From positions 105,896,001 to 105,960,000 of the forward strand of contig OZ024740.1 in NCBI GenBank assembly GCA_964016885.1: a stretch of DNA of 64,000 nucleotides, written 5' to 3'. Source of the DNA: Eledone cirrhosa (taxonomy: Eukaryota). A program made the position numbers and the translations under genes. This document shows, piece by piece, positions 50,701 to 62,256 of the stretch. Each line of letters begins with the position of its first letter. Positions within the stretch are counted from its first letter, which is position 1. The notes under the pieces are model-generated. The model searched no databases. It saw only the letters and a program-made list of their open reading frames with translations, and was not told the DNA's origin.

Positions 50701-53513
50701 GTTGACGGGGGCCATCGTCAACAACAAGTGGTGGTTTGCTCTGAAAAGAGCTATTAGAATAGAGTCCATTAGGTTTAGTAAGGCTTTAGCAATAGAGAAA
50801 AATAGAGCAGAGAGAGAATTAGTTAGAAAATTAGACGAGGCGCTTTGCAAAGGCATCGCGACCGACGTAATTGCGGCGAAATTGGCCCTTGACCAATTCT
50901 TCAATGCAAAGCACGAAGGCTGCGTTGTCAGAGCTAGGGTGGGTGCTCTCAGACACGAGAGGACGAAAGCCGTTCAATGGGCCCGAGTGGCGGAGGCGTG
51001 TCGTGGCAACAAAGCCACGATCCGGTATTTGGTGGACCACGACGGGCGCATGCTACTCGATCCCTGGCAAATGTGTGAAACTTTTCAGCGATACTTCGCT
51101 CAACTGTTCGAGGGCAGCGGCGGGCCGGATCGAGGGATGGACTTTAGTGTCTACCTCGACCGAATGCCGCGGCTCTCGGCCACTGAGGCGGAGTGTTGCG
51201 AAAAGCCGATGACAGCCGCTGAAGGACGGGAGGCAATGACTGGCTGCACAAGGGGTAAATCGCCTGGTTTGGATGGTCTGCCCTATGAACTTTACGTACA
51301 AATGCCAGACTTTTTCGGAGGCCTCTTGGCGGACGTCTACTGCAACTGGCAACAGAACGGGAGAATTCCCAAGCCTATGAGCCGAGGAGCGGTGGCGCTG
51401 CTGAGAAAGGATCCGAACAAGGGGGATAACATAGATAATTTTAGGCCCATAACTCTGCTAAACACAGAGTTCAAGATTTTGGCCAAGGTGCAAACAAAGA
51501 GGTTGGCGCTTGTCGTTGGTGGTCTGGTGGGAGAGGCGCAGACATGCGCCATTCCCGACAGATCCATCCACGACAACCTCCACCTCATGCGATACATAGT
51601 AGAGAGGGTAGCTAGGGAACCTGGCACGGGTGGGTTTTTGATAAATTTAGATCAGTCGAAAGCCTTCGAGAGGGTCGACCATCGTTACCTAGCGGCAGTC
51701 CTGAGGGCGGCTGGCTTTGGGCCCGTCTTCAGAGGCTGGATAGCTGCCATGCACAGCGACATCTGCTCTGTAGTGAGAGTGAACGGTCACCTTTCGGAAC
51801 CGTTCAACATCATGCGCTCGGTCCGCCAAGCATGTCCCCTCTCGTCCCTATTGTACGTATTGACTCTCGAGCCATTACTGCACAAACTGGAGACGTTTTG
51901 GGGGGTCCTGCGCTAACTAGGATGCGGAGTATCCGTGTCAGCATATGCGGACGATGTCACCGTAGTGGTGTCGAACGCCAAACACATCGAGGCGATCGGC
52001 ACTAAACTAAGAGAATACGAAGCGGTGACAGGAGCAATGATCAACCAGGAAAAGTCAGTGGGCCTGGAGCTCGTCACCTGGAGAGGCAGGTCCATGCCGT
52101 CCAACAGCGTCGTCGGACGCTGGACGGACGGACCGGTTAAAATGCTAGGGGACTGGTTCGGTCCGGACCTCCAGACGGACAAAACTGGGACCAGGTGACG
52201 AGCAGGGTGGGTTTCTCTCACCCAGAAATGGGCCGAGAGGAAGCTATCCCTGAAAGGTCGAGCGGAGGTGGCTAACGCGTACATCGCGTCCGTCATCTAC
52301 TACCACCTGACCGTCGTACCTTGTCCTAAGCCGCGCCTGACTGCGCTGGAGCGTTTGCTCTTTCGCTTTTTGGTGGAAGGGACGCGCTCCGATGGTCAGG
52401 CAGTCCATCTGCTGTCAACACCCGCTACGTGGAGGGCTGGGCATGCCGTGGCTGATGATGCGCAGACACGCGCTCAGGGTACGACATCTCCACCTCTTCC
52501 TCGACGGTGATCAGGTGTGGTCGCCATTTGCTAGACACGTCTTTTCCCAGCTGGTCTCCTTGACGGAGCTGCAGTCCTGGGTCAAGCGAAGAGCGAGAGG
52601 GAGCGCTTGGAGACTGGAATGTCTTCAGGCGCTCACAGCCCTCGACCAATCGGGCAATGTGATCGGTGGAAACTCCACCTTGGCGTTCTATAGAGGATTA
52701 GTGGAGGGGAAGATCGACGACGTACTTGGAGAAACTCTAGGCGTCGACGAAAATCAACTAGCCAATCTCTTCGGATGGACTTTCTGGCCGGGGCCTATGG
52801 ACAACTTCCAGAAATCCCTGGCCTGGCTGTGCTACCGGGGAGCTTTGCCAGTTCGGGCATGTCTGAGATGCGCGCAGGGCGACGAAACCGTCCTGCACGC
52901 ACTCGTCCAGTGTCCGAGCATTGCTGACTTGTGGGTTTATGTCGAACACCTGCTGTCACGTGTAGGACGGATCCAGCTATCAGCTGAGTCCATCGTGAGG
53001 ATTGCTCCGCCCTCTTCCTTTAGCCGGGAAGGGCCGGCAGTTTTTATCTATTTGGTGGCCATGTCGAAAGAGATAGTATGGTGGACACGTTTGAAAGGGC
53101 TGAAGACGAGCACTTACCTCTTCGGTGATGCCCTGATTAACTTTTTAAAATTTCATTTGAAAAGGAAAATTAGGGTAGAGAGGGAAGTGCTCTCTTCCCA
53201 GCATTTTGTTGAAAGATGGGTGAGAGAAGCCCGAGTGAATGGGCCTACTCTGAGTATGTGTCTGTAAATTAAAGGTGGAAAACTGGGAGAGGGCACTTGC
53301 CCTGGTGGTCAGGGTCACTGTGGTCTTTTAATGGGCTTTCTCCACAAATATCCCTCGGATGTCTCCCCCCTAATAGGGAATTTTTCTTTGTTATTTTATT
53401 ACATCCTCTGTTTTTTTTTTACACGCAGAAATGCCCATTTGTACAGTCCTGTATTGTCCTGTACTGTCCTTAATGTCTACTTTATGTAAACCCTTGTGGT
53501 TAATAAAGAAAAC
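47758..53513 (+). mobile_element. Full-length Tx1/L1-clade LINE (family A ORF2 with a different ORF1), frameshifted
   Basis: ORF1 pieces 48220-49866 with CVVCREGTHLRAFC; APE from 49901; RT 50429-52198; (ATT)n on both flanks. Confidence 0.93.
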
Positions 53514-53528
53514 ATTATTATTATTATT

Positions 53529-56500
53529 TGCATTTATCTTGCTTTATGTTTATACGAGTTATCACCAAGTCACAACCAGTGACCTCAAGAGACAACAAGG
53601 TCCGCCATGTTCAAGAAAGAACACACATATTCACACATGCATCCTTAGTGTTTAGACTTGTGATGTACTTATATTGACAGGATCTTCCTTAGTATATGGG
53701 CAGTTCCCATTAGTACTATCTTTTGTATTTCTCCTATACGCGGGTTTCCTGGGATTTGCGATAAGTAGTCGTTAGACCCCTTAGGTATCATTCCCAGAGC
53801 GCCTACAACCACTGGTATTGTTTTAGTTCTCAATTTCCGCATTTTTCCAATTTCTATCTCCAGGTCCTTATACTTGCTCAATTTTTCAAATGTTTTTATA
53901 GATACATTCTTGTCTATTGGAACAGACATATCAATTAGCAGGCATACCCTCCTTTGAAAGTCCTTCAATATTATATCAGGTCTATTTGCATCTATTTTTC
54001 GGTCTGTTTGGATTCTAAAGTTCCACAAGATTGAGATGTGATCTTTTTCAAGTATGGGAGGTGGTTGATGCTCCCACCAATTCTTTTGATGGGGCAGGTC
54101 AAAATGCTTACACATTATCCAATGTATGTATTGTGCAGCTCTGTCATGCCTGTTTAGGTATTCGGTTGGAGCTATAGGACTGCACATTGAAATTATATGG
54201 TCAATGGTCTCTGGTTGTTTTTTGCATACACGGCATAGTGGGCTGCACCCATTTTTTATTATGTTGGCTTGGTAATTTTTTGTTGGCAGACACTGATCTT
54301 GTGCGGATATAATCAGTCCTTCAGTCTCCGATTTCAGTCCAGAGGATGCCAACCACTGATGGGTTAAAGTTTTGTCAACATCAGGATTGTTAGCTCGCTC
54401 TGGGTATTTTCCATACAGAGGCTTTTCTTGCCATTTCTTAGCCAGTTTCTGTAGCAGTTCTTTCTTTGCAGTTACTTTTACCTGCTTTGCTTTTTCTGTG
54501 TTTTCCATTTCAGCAGTAAATGGGACTTCTGAAATTTGTAGTCCATTACTGTATCTTTGTGCATCTTTTGTAATGGAATATGATCTTTTGGTGCTTTCGT
54601 GTTTCAAAACGAGTTTGATCATCCAATCATGTGATTCCCTTAGATATGTGGATAATCCAATTGTTGCAGTTTTCAACGCAATGTCTAACTGGATTAACCC
54701 ACGTCCTCCTTCTTTCCTAGGGAGATATATTCTATCTATGTCTGCCTTAGGGTGATGCATTCTGTGCATGGTTAAGAATTTTCGGATTTTTGTATCGAGC
54801 CTACGGATCTCTGTGCTTGACCAGTTGATGACATTGTAACTGTAGGTTACTACTGGTATGGCAAGCGTGTTTATGGCATCGATCCTATTCCTTGCATTCA
54901 ATTCCGTTCTTAAGATTGCTCTGACTCTGCGGTAACATTCCTTCCTTATCCTTTCCCTCATTGTCGAGTGCTTGATTCCGTCTCCTTCACAAACACCTAG
55001 ATATTTGTAAGTTTGTTCTTGATCAAGCTCTCTTATCACGTTCCCCCGATCAAGATTAATGTCTGAACTCTTCAGCAGCTTTCCTCTGGTGAACGTTGCT
55101 TTGGCGCATTTATCCAGTCCAAACTCCATTTTAATGTCATCACTGAACTGCTTCACAGTGGATAATAGCCCTTGCAATTGTTCATCATTTTTTGCAAATA
55201 GTTTCAGGTCATCCATGTAGAACAGGTGATTAATGGTTTTGTCATAGACTCTATATCCATGTTTTGTTTCATTGAGCATTTTACTTAATGGTATAAGTGC
55301 GATGCAGAATAAAAACGGTGATAAAGAGTCACCCTGAAAAATTCCACAATTAATGTTAACTTCTCCAGCTTCCAGTGATTTTGTTTCACTATTCAAAAGG
55401 AGTGTCGTTCTCCATGTCCTCATACTGAATGACAAAAACCTCCTGACAACGGGGGATATTTTGAAAATCTCTAAACATTTTTCAATCCAACTGTGTGGCA
55501 AACTATCAAATGCTTTTTTATAATCTATCCAAGCAATCGATAGATTTTTGTGTCTATTATGACAATCTTCCAGTATCATTTTGTTAACCAGAAGCTGATC
55601 CTTACAGCCATATGAGCCTCGTTTACACCCTTTCTGCTCAATGGGAAATAGGTCATTTGTTATCAGGTGGTCATATGTGTATTCAGTTAGGACTGATGTT
55701 AAAATTTTATACATTGTGGTCAAGCAGGTTATCGGTCTGTAATTTTTGGGATTGTTTGTCTCATCATTCTTCGGTAGCAGGAATGTAATGCCGTTAACTA
55801 GCCATGATGGTATCTTTTCTGGCTCCTTAACTATTTCATTGTAAAGTTGGGCTAACAGCTCATGAGACTCTGTGAAGGCATTTATCCAAAAGTTTTGTAT
55901 TTTGTCTTTTCCTGGGGATTTCCATTTGCTGGTTTTTCTTAGAGCCAAGCGCAGCTGTTCAACTGTTATATTTTCCCATGTTTGTTCTTCAAGGTGAGCT
56001 GTTTCTTTCATTTGTCTGTCTATCCATGGGGCATGTATGTTATGAACTTTTTCTTCGGCCCAGATCTTTTCCCAGAATTCTTGCACTTCCTCCTTGGGTG
56101 GTATTGATTTAGCAGTTATTGTTGACTTACCAATTTTTCTGTAGAAGTTTCTTTGGTTGTTTTTGAACATATTATTGTCCTTATAGAATCTAGATCGTTT
56201 TTCAAAGCGCCTTATACGAGCAGCTTTGGCCGACACTTTTTGCTTGATTGTTTCTATCAGCATGTCTATGTCACATGTTGATCTTATACTGTACTTTTTT
56301 TTTAATTTTCTAAGTTTAGTTTGTTTAACATGTTCACCTACTTTATAGTTTGTTAAAATTTCTATGTCAGATCGGAGAAGGTTTATTTGGCGATTGATGT
56401 TATCTTGCCAAGTAGATTTCTTGTGTGAATTCCTTTGTTTTTTCATCTTCACTCCACATAAGTGAGTGGTGACTTTAGCCGATGCATAATAGAGATGATT

Positions 56501-56850
56501 TAAGTCAGTAATGTTTATTTTGTTTGTGATGATAATGTTTTTGAGAATTATGTTAGTCTTGTGTATTATCTTTTGGTTCTGTTTGGAGTTCTGGATCTTA
56601 GGGAGGGTGTCTCGTTCCCCCATGTCAGATTCTTTCATTTTCATCCATTCGATCATAATTTCATCCTTCAAGTTGGCAAGTTCATTCTCATTCATTTCTT
56701 TATCATTTACGATCTCATTATTTTCATTTGGAGTTTCATCCTGAGCATGCACTCCCTCCACTTTTTCGCTCCTTTCTTTAATTTGTTCTGTTGCCAGTGA
56801 TTCCGCCCCAACTCTGGGATAATATATAACCAGCAATTTCTCTGTCTGTC
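53529..56850 (-). mobile_element. R4/Dong-type LINE family C, long young copy
   Basis: 3'UTR matches the copies at 18203 and 21708; (AAT)n tail at 53514-53528. Confidence 0.92.
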
Positions 56851-56869
56851 TGTCCGACAGTGGAAACAT
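53669..56869 (-). CDS. RT + CCHC + restriction-like endonuclease polyprotein, uninterrupted; true N-terminus uncertain
   Basis: 1066-aa open frame: WKSPG, YRPITCL, DYKKAFD, GIFQGDSLSP, YMDD, CRVC..ETIDHIISMC, RHD, RPD..D..K..KY. Confidence 0.88.
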   Translation of the reverse strand: MFPLSDRQTEKLLVIYYPRVGAESLATEQIKERSEKVEGVHAQDETPNENNEIVNDKEMNENELANLKDEIMIEWMKMKESDMGERDTLPKIQNSKQNQKIIHKTNIILKNIIITNKINITDLNHLYYASAKVTTHLCGVKMKKQRNSHKKSTWQDNINRQINLLRSDIEILTNYKVGEHVKQTKLRKLKKKYSIRSTCDIDMLIETIKQKVSAKAARIRRFEKRSRFYKDNNMFKNNQRNFYRKIGKSTITAKSIPPKEEVQEFWEKIWAEEKVHNIHAPWIDRQMKETAHLEEQTWENITVEQLRLALRKTSKWKSPGKDKIQNFWINAFTESHELLAQLYNEIVKEPEKIPSWLVNGITFLLPKNDETNNPKNYRPITCLTTMYKILTSVLTEYTYDHLITNDLFPIEQKGCKRGSYGCKDQLLVNKMILEDCHNRHKNLSIAWIDYKKAFDSLPHSWIEKCLEIFKISPVVRRFLSFSMRTWRTTLLLNSETKSLEAGEVNINCGIFQGDSLSPFLFCIALIPLSKMLNETKHGYRVYDKTINHLFYMDDLKLFAKNDEQLQGLLSTVKQFSDDIKMEFGLDKCAKATFTRGKLLKSSDINLDRGNVIRELDQEQTYKYLGVCEGDGIKHSTMRERIRKECYRRVRAILRTELNARNRIDAINTLAIPVVTYSYNVINWSSTEIRRLDTKIRKFLTMHRMHHPKADIDRIYLPRKEGGRGLIQLDIALKTATIGLSTYLRESHDWMIKLVLKHESTKRSYSITKDAQRYSNGLQISEVPFTAEMENTEKAKQVKVTAKKELLQKLAKKWQEKPLYGKYPERANNPDVDKTLTHQWLASSGLKSETEGLIISAQDQCLPTKNYQANIIKNGCSPLCRVCKKQPETIDHIISMCSPIAPTEYLNRHDRAAQYIHWIMCKHFDLPHQKNWWEHQPPPILEKDHISILWNFRIQTDRKIDANRPDIILKDFQRRVCLLIDMSVPIDKNVSIKTFEKLSKYKDLEIEIGKMRKLRTKTIPVVVGALGMIPKGSNDYLSQIPGNPRIGEIQKIVLMGTAHILRKILSI

Positions 56870-57087
56870 GTGCGCGCGTGGTTGCTATCACTCTCTCTCT
56901 GCAGCTATCCCTCTCTTTTAGTCTGTCTCTTTCTCTCACTCTCACTCTTTCTCTTTGTAACTCACTAACATTCCTCACCTCTATCACTGGGGAGATGGAG
57001 GGGGATTAGGAGGAGAGAATCACTTCGTCACTTCACCTCTGCCTTTCTTTCTCTCCCCTCTCACTCCCTCATTACGTACAGACATTA

Positions 57088-57280
57088 GGGCGGTGGATTA
57101 GCAGAATCTGTAGAGAGTCGGACACCATGCTTTATAGCATGGAGTTACGTCCCTTTATGGTCTGAGTTCAAATACCGCCGAGGTTAACTTTGCCTTTCAT
57201 CCTCACGGAGTCGATAAAATAAAGTACCAGTAATGTACTGGGTAATTGCTGGCCTTGTGCCAAAAGTAGAAACAATTATT
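57088..57280 (+). mobile_element. Full-length tRNA-derived SINE
   Basis: ggcggtggattagcaga head, gagttcaaatacc B-box, cctttcatcc..gtcgataaaataaagtaccag core, attatt tail. Confidence 0.88.
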
Positions 57281-57472
57281 AGAAACATTGCTTCATTTTT
57301 ACATATCTAAGCATTAGTAAAGTAACTAATAATTTCAAAAGTAATTTTTCAATTCCAATTGTTATGAACAGCAAAACATTAATAATAATTTTGTTCTAAG
57401 AAATATATATATATTTCTGTGTGTGTAATATATATATAGACTAGAACTGTTTCATTCTTGAGAAATCACCAG

Positions 57473-57558
<86 letters not shown>

Positions 57559-57642
57559 TGGTTAGTTTCAGAAGATCTCGTTAAGGGTGAAAGCAGCGAT
57601 TCTTTGCTTAAACTTTAATCTTTTATTTTAATAAATATATAT

Positions 57643-57810
57643 ATAGGAACGAGTAGGACCCCGACGGCTGAGCTCAAGCCGTTTCGACGGCTAATTCTGG
57701 ACCAGAATTAGCCGTCGAGGTCCTACTCGTTCCTATTACCCACTCTACTACCCTAAGTATTGAGTACTTTGGTGCGTTATGGTCCACCTGGTTCCTTACC
57801 ACATTTCCTC

Positions 57811-57812
<2 letters not shown>
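57643..57812. mobile_element. Second copy of the palindromic element at 36002
   Basis: Same hairpin with a deletion in the right arm, same tail, flanked by (TA)n. Confidence 0.75.
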
Positions 57813-57866
<54 letters not shown>

Positions 57867-58034
57867 AATTAATATCTAGTAACATATATATACATACAGA
57901 TGCATATCAATGCTAGCAAATATATAGGTTTTGTCTTAGTTACTTTGTGATTCAATGCATGGGGTTGCAGAACAATAATATGAGAGACGTAAAATAAGAA
58001 AATTATAAAATTAACTTACTTACTAAAATATCAC

Positions 58035-58111
58035 TTCCAACTAATTAGTTTCTAGAATGGAATAAATATATTTTCCGAAGAAGATACAGAGAAGCATTCC
58101 GTCGTCAGGGA
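58035..58111 (-). ncRNA. Hammerhead ribozyme, inverted copy
   Basis: Reverse complement of 58488-58565 with the core intact. Confidence 0.7.
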
Positions 58112-58487
58112 GGTCTATTCTCATCTAAGTATCCAGGCAAAGCGTGGACACTGGAAACTTATTAAAAAATAATTCAGTGGATAGGAAATAGCAAAGCGTG
58201 GACTGAATTCCTAGCCGTTGAGAAAATCACTGCCTCTGCGTCGGTGGCAAATTCAAAAATAATCAATGACGTGACATCGAGGTCAATCAGTGGAAAGTGG
58301 TTTGCTAATAAGACAGCGGTCTGCTACCATGGCAGCAGTCATGGCCAATATTGCTCGACAAATAATTTGGAGATAATTATAAAGAATTAATATCTAGTAA
58401 CATATATATACATACAGATGCATATCAATGCTAGCAAATATATAGGTTTTGTCTTAGTAACTTTGTGGTTCAATGCATGGGGTTGCA

Positions 58488-58565
58488 TTCCCTGACGACG
58501 GAATGCTTCTCTGTATCTTCTTCGGAAAATATATTTATTCCATTCCAGAAACTAATTAGTTGGAA
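58488..58565 (+). ncRNA. Minimal type I hammerhead ribozyme with intact core
   Basis: ttcc-CTGACGA-cggaatg...cattcca-GAAA-ctaattag-TT-ggaa. Confidence 0.8.
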
Positions 58566-58612
58566 GTGATATTTTAGTAAGTAAGTTAATTTTATAATTT
58601 TTTTATTTTACG

Positions 58613-58690
<78 letters not shown>

Positions 58691-59620
58691 GTACGTATGT
58701 AATATATTAATAATATATATATAATGTATGTATATATAATATATAATATATATATATATATATGTTAGTAAATACGATGAAATATTTATACTATTCCACT
58801 CACATATAATATATATGTTATGTCGCCGACCACTGATTCCAACAACCAGCGTTCTAGACCAGCACGTCACACCTGCGTTCCCAGCCATGGCACGCGCGAC
58901 CTAGAAATAGTTACCATGGAGGTCTAGCCAGACACAGCCGAGTTCTTTGAATTTACAGACAATTGAAGACTGGCTTTTGCTGTTTTAACCAACTCACTGG
59001 GGCTGAGGATATAATATATATATATATGTGTGTGTGTGTTATATGTGTGTGTATGCGTGAGTGTGTGTGAGTTATATGTGTGTGTATGCGTGTGTGTGTG
59101 TGTATTATATGTGTGTGTGTTATATGTGTGTGTGTATGTGTGTGTGTATGTGTGTGTGTGTGTATGTGTGTGTGTATGTGTGTGCGTGTGTGTGTTATAT
59201 ATGTGTGTTATGTGTGTGTGCATGTGTGTGCGTGTGTGTGTTTTATATATGGGTGTGTGTTATATGTGTGTGTGTGTGTATATATATAATATATATCTAT
59301 ATATATAATATATATATATATTATGTGTGTCTATATATATACATATATATAGGTTTAAGTGTGTATGTGCGTTTGTATGTGTGTGTTAGCGTGTGTGCAT
59401 GTGTGCGTATGTATGAGTGTGTGTATGGTATGTGTGTGTTAGCGTATGTGTCTGTGTGCGTGTGTGTCTGTCTGTGCGTGTGTCTGTGTGTATCTGTATA
59501 AGTGTTTGTGTGTGTACAGGAATTCATAAGTTTCCTAAAATATATATGTATGCTTAATTTTTCTTAAAAATTATAAACTGGTTCTTCCTGTCAGAGATAA
59601 TAATCTGATTTGAGAATAAT

Positions 59621-59714
59621 TGTTTCTACTTTTGGCACAAGGCCAGCAATTTTCCAGTGCATTACTGGTACTTTATTTTATCGACAAAGGCAAAGTTAAC
59701 CTCGGCGGGTTAAC
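59621..59714 (-). mobile_element. 5'-truncated SINE with 16-bp TSD
   Basis: ctgatttgagaataat at 59605-59620 and 59715-59730. Confidence 0.82.
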
Positions 59715-60102
59715 CTGATTTGAGAATAATGCATCTCAAAATATGAACATGGGTGTATATATATATATGTGTGTGTGCGTCTGTGTTCGCTCGTATCGGA
59801 CAGACAGATAACCTTCCCCCCTCGTAAAACCTCCCAGTTGATGTATCTGAATCCGAAATATAGGGACAATTCAATCTCTCCCAAGGTAAGTCTATCTCGT
59901 GTTATTATTTCTATTTTTTACGCTCTTTCCTACGTTCTTCTACACTCTATACATTTCATTCTATATTCACTTACATCTCTCTCTTCACCACCGGATCTTG
60001 TTACCCGGAGAATTACCCATCTGCATTGTTGAGGCTTCCAAAATGACCTAAAGAAAATATATCTTATTATTCCACAATGCTTCAAGCAAACTTCAATACT
60101 CT

Positions 60103-60157
<55 letters not shown>

Positions 60158-60254
60158 ATGTGTGTGTGTGTGTGTGAGTGTGTGTGTGTGTATAACGGAA
60201 GGCTTTTGTCATACGGTTTCTCCTTGCCAAGGTTCGACAACACAGACACATACC

Positions 60255-60660
60255 ACTTGCTGTTGCGTCTTCCGGTATTGCAGCAACCTTGCTTCCTGGG
60301 GGCAGGACAGCACATTCAGCTTTCAAACTCTCCCTCAATATGACAGCAAATGATACACGCTGCTGTAATATTACCAAAGGATCAGAAAAGGCAGAACTGC
60401 TTAAAAGGTGTGAACTTATAGTTTGGGACGAATGTACCATGGTTCATAAAGGGGCTTTCGAGGCACTGGACCGGACTTTAAGAGACATAAGAGACTCCCA
60501 GGATCCCATAGGAGGCGTGACTGTCCTTTTATCGGGAGATTTTAGACAAACTCTCCCTGTTATTCCCAAAGGAACAAGGGCTGATGCTATTCGAGCATGC
60601 TTAAAGTCATCTCCGCTTTGGCGTTATGTCACAACATTAATGCTCTCTACGAACATGTGA
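60255..60660 (+). pseudogene. Helitron PIF1-like helicase fragment
   Basis: LAVASSGIAATLLPGGRTAHSAFKL, LIVWDECTM, GGVTVLLSGDFRQTLPV. Confidence 0.88.
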
Positions 60661-60665
60661 GCTCG

Positions 60666-60782
60666 GAAAGGATGAAAGGCAAAGGTTAACTTTGCCTTTC
60701 ATCCTTTCGGGGTCGATAAAATAAAGTACCAGTAATACACTGGATAATTGTTGGCCTTGTGCTAAATGTAGAAACAATTATT
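60666..60782 (+). mobile_element. SINE 3' part with a fold-back 5' inversion
   Basis: gaaaggatgaaaggcaaag-gttaa-ctttgcctttcatcctttc followed by the normal SINE 3' end. Confidence 0.78.
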
Positions 60783-61718
60783 GTTATAAATTCCATGTAA
60801 CTCACTTTTGGGCTGCTGACTTCCTTGTGGCATAGTTCGCGTTTGGAGCTTCATCGCGTCAACGTCACACTTTTACACTCATTCACCTTTCATATGCCAT
60901 AACATTTTACCGTTTTTACATCGAACAACACACCTATATATTAATTTCAAGAACGTCAGTATTCCGTGTGTCATAATTCTCGATTATCATTGGTTCATAA
61001 GTTTCAAATGACTCCGCCCACTCCAACGACGCAAAACTTAAATTAATATGCATAATGCCAATGAGGGAGTGAGAGGGGAGAGTAAGAAACAGAGAGGCAA
61101 AGTGTTGGATACACTATGTATATGTGTCAGTGTAGAGACATGTGTATGTGTGATGTGTGTGGAAATAAGAGGGGAAGGAAAGCAATAACTATTAACATGT
61201 GTGCGTGTGTATGTACGTGCGCGTATGTTTATGTGTGTGTGCGTGCGTGCAGCGTTCCACAGAAAGTAAAAACTATCAACATGTGTGAGTGTGTGCGTGT
61301 GTTTAAGTGCACGGGTGCGTGTGTAAGTTTGCGTGCGTCGCTTCTGATTGCGGTGGTAATAAAACCTCATCATATGTTGAGTCTGGCAAAAAGGTTGGAT
61401 CCTATGGCCGGCCAGGGCTAGAGTAATATTGAAAAACGATTCTATTTTCGAATTAGAAGGATCCGCCATTTGGAGTTCAAACCAGGCCACCTCCCCGAGT
61501 TGAACTCTGGGCAACATTGACTGTCTATTACTCAGTGGCTAAGGGCTTGGAAATTACTGAATAAATTTTTGTGTCATATAATTTGTTGTTTTATTATTAT
61601 AGCTGACCACTTATAGATAAGTATGTTATCCATATCCACATTAATTTGGCATTTGTATAAACCATTTCAAGTAAATAGGGACCTTTTTTACATAGACGGA
61701 CATCTTTTATATTAATTA

Positions 61719-62187
61719 TCTATATCTATATCTACATATAATATAAAAGATTGGAACTTCCATCACCCTTTTGAGAAACGTGGAACAACCAATGATACAC
61801 GTTTTGCAGTCAGACAGAAGATGAACCATCTCCTAGAGGTCACTATTCTAGGTGGGAGCACCTAGAATTGTTCATATACTATGCACAAACGGTACAACGA
61901 AGAATCTGGTATATCTGGAAGATTTTTTTCTACTGTTTTTTGTATCACACAGACACCACGGACTCGCCTCATACTGTAACCAGACAAACATCCAATACAG
62001 TTATTTTCTCTTTTACCTGTCTTCTCTTATCATCTGTTTACCCGGACAAAGCTGGGTACGTCAGCTAGTACTTCTTATGGTTAAAAATAAATGTTTTTTG
62101 GGGATTCGTGCTACGTTGTTTTCTCTTTATAAAGATTATTTACTAATGGTAGACTTACACCCAGGCAACGCCGGGTATGGCTGCTAG
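61719..62187 (+). mobile_element. Non-autonomous Helitron with two stacked 3' termini
   Basis: TC start; residual helicase end (GTTKNLVY); hairpin+CTAG at 62040-62068 and 62159-62187. Confidence 0.7.
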
Positions 62188-62213
62188 GATATATATATAT
62201 ATATATATAAAGT

Positions 62214-62256
<43 letters not shown>

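Larger units (their letters stand above)
57861..58620. mobile_element. ORF-less direct+inverted repeat cassette with two hammerhead ribozymes (PLE pLTR/retrozyme-like)
   Basis: 57861-57968 repeats at 58379-58487; 57980-58111 is the reverse complement of 58489-58620; flanked by (TA)n. Confidence 0.8.

Noticed and set aside
57088-57180. tRNA gene
   Set aside because: A/B-box-like motifs belong to a SINE head; no cloverleaf
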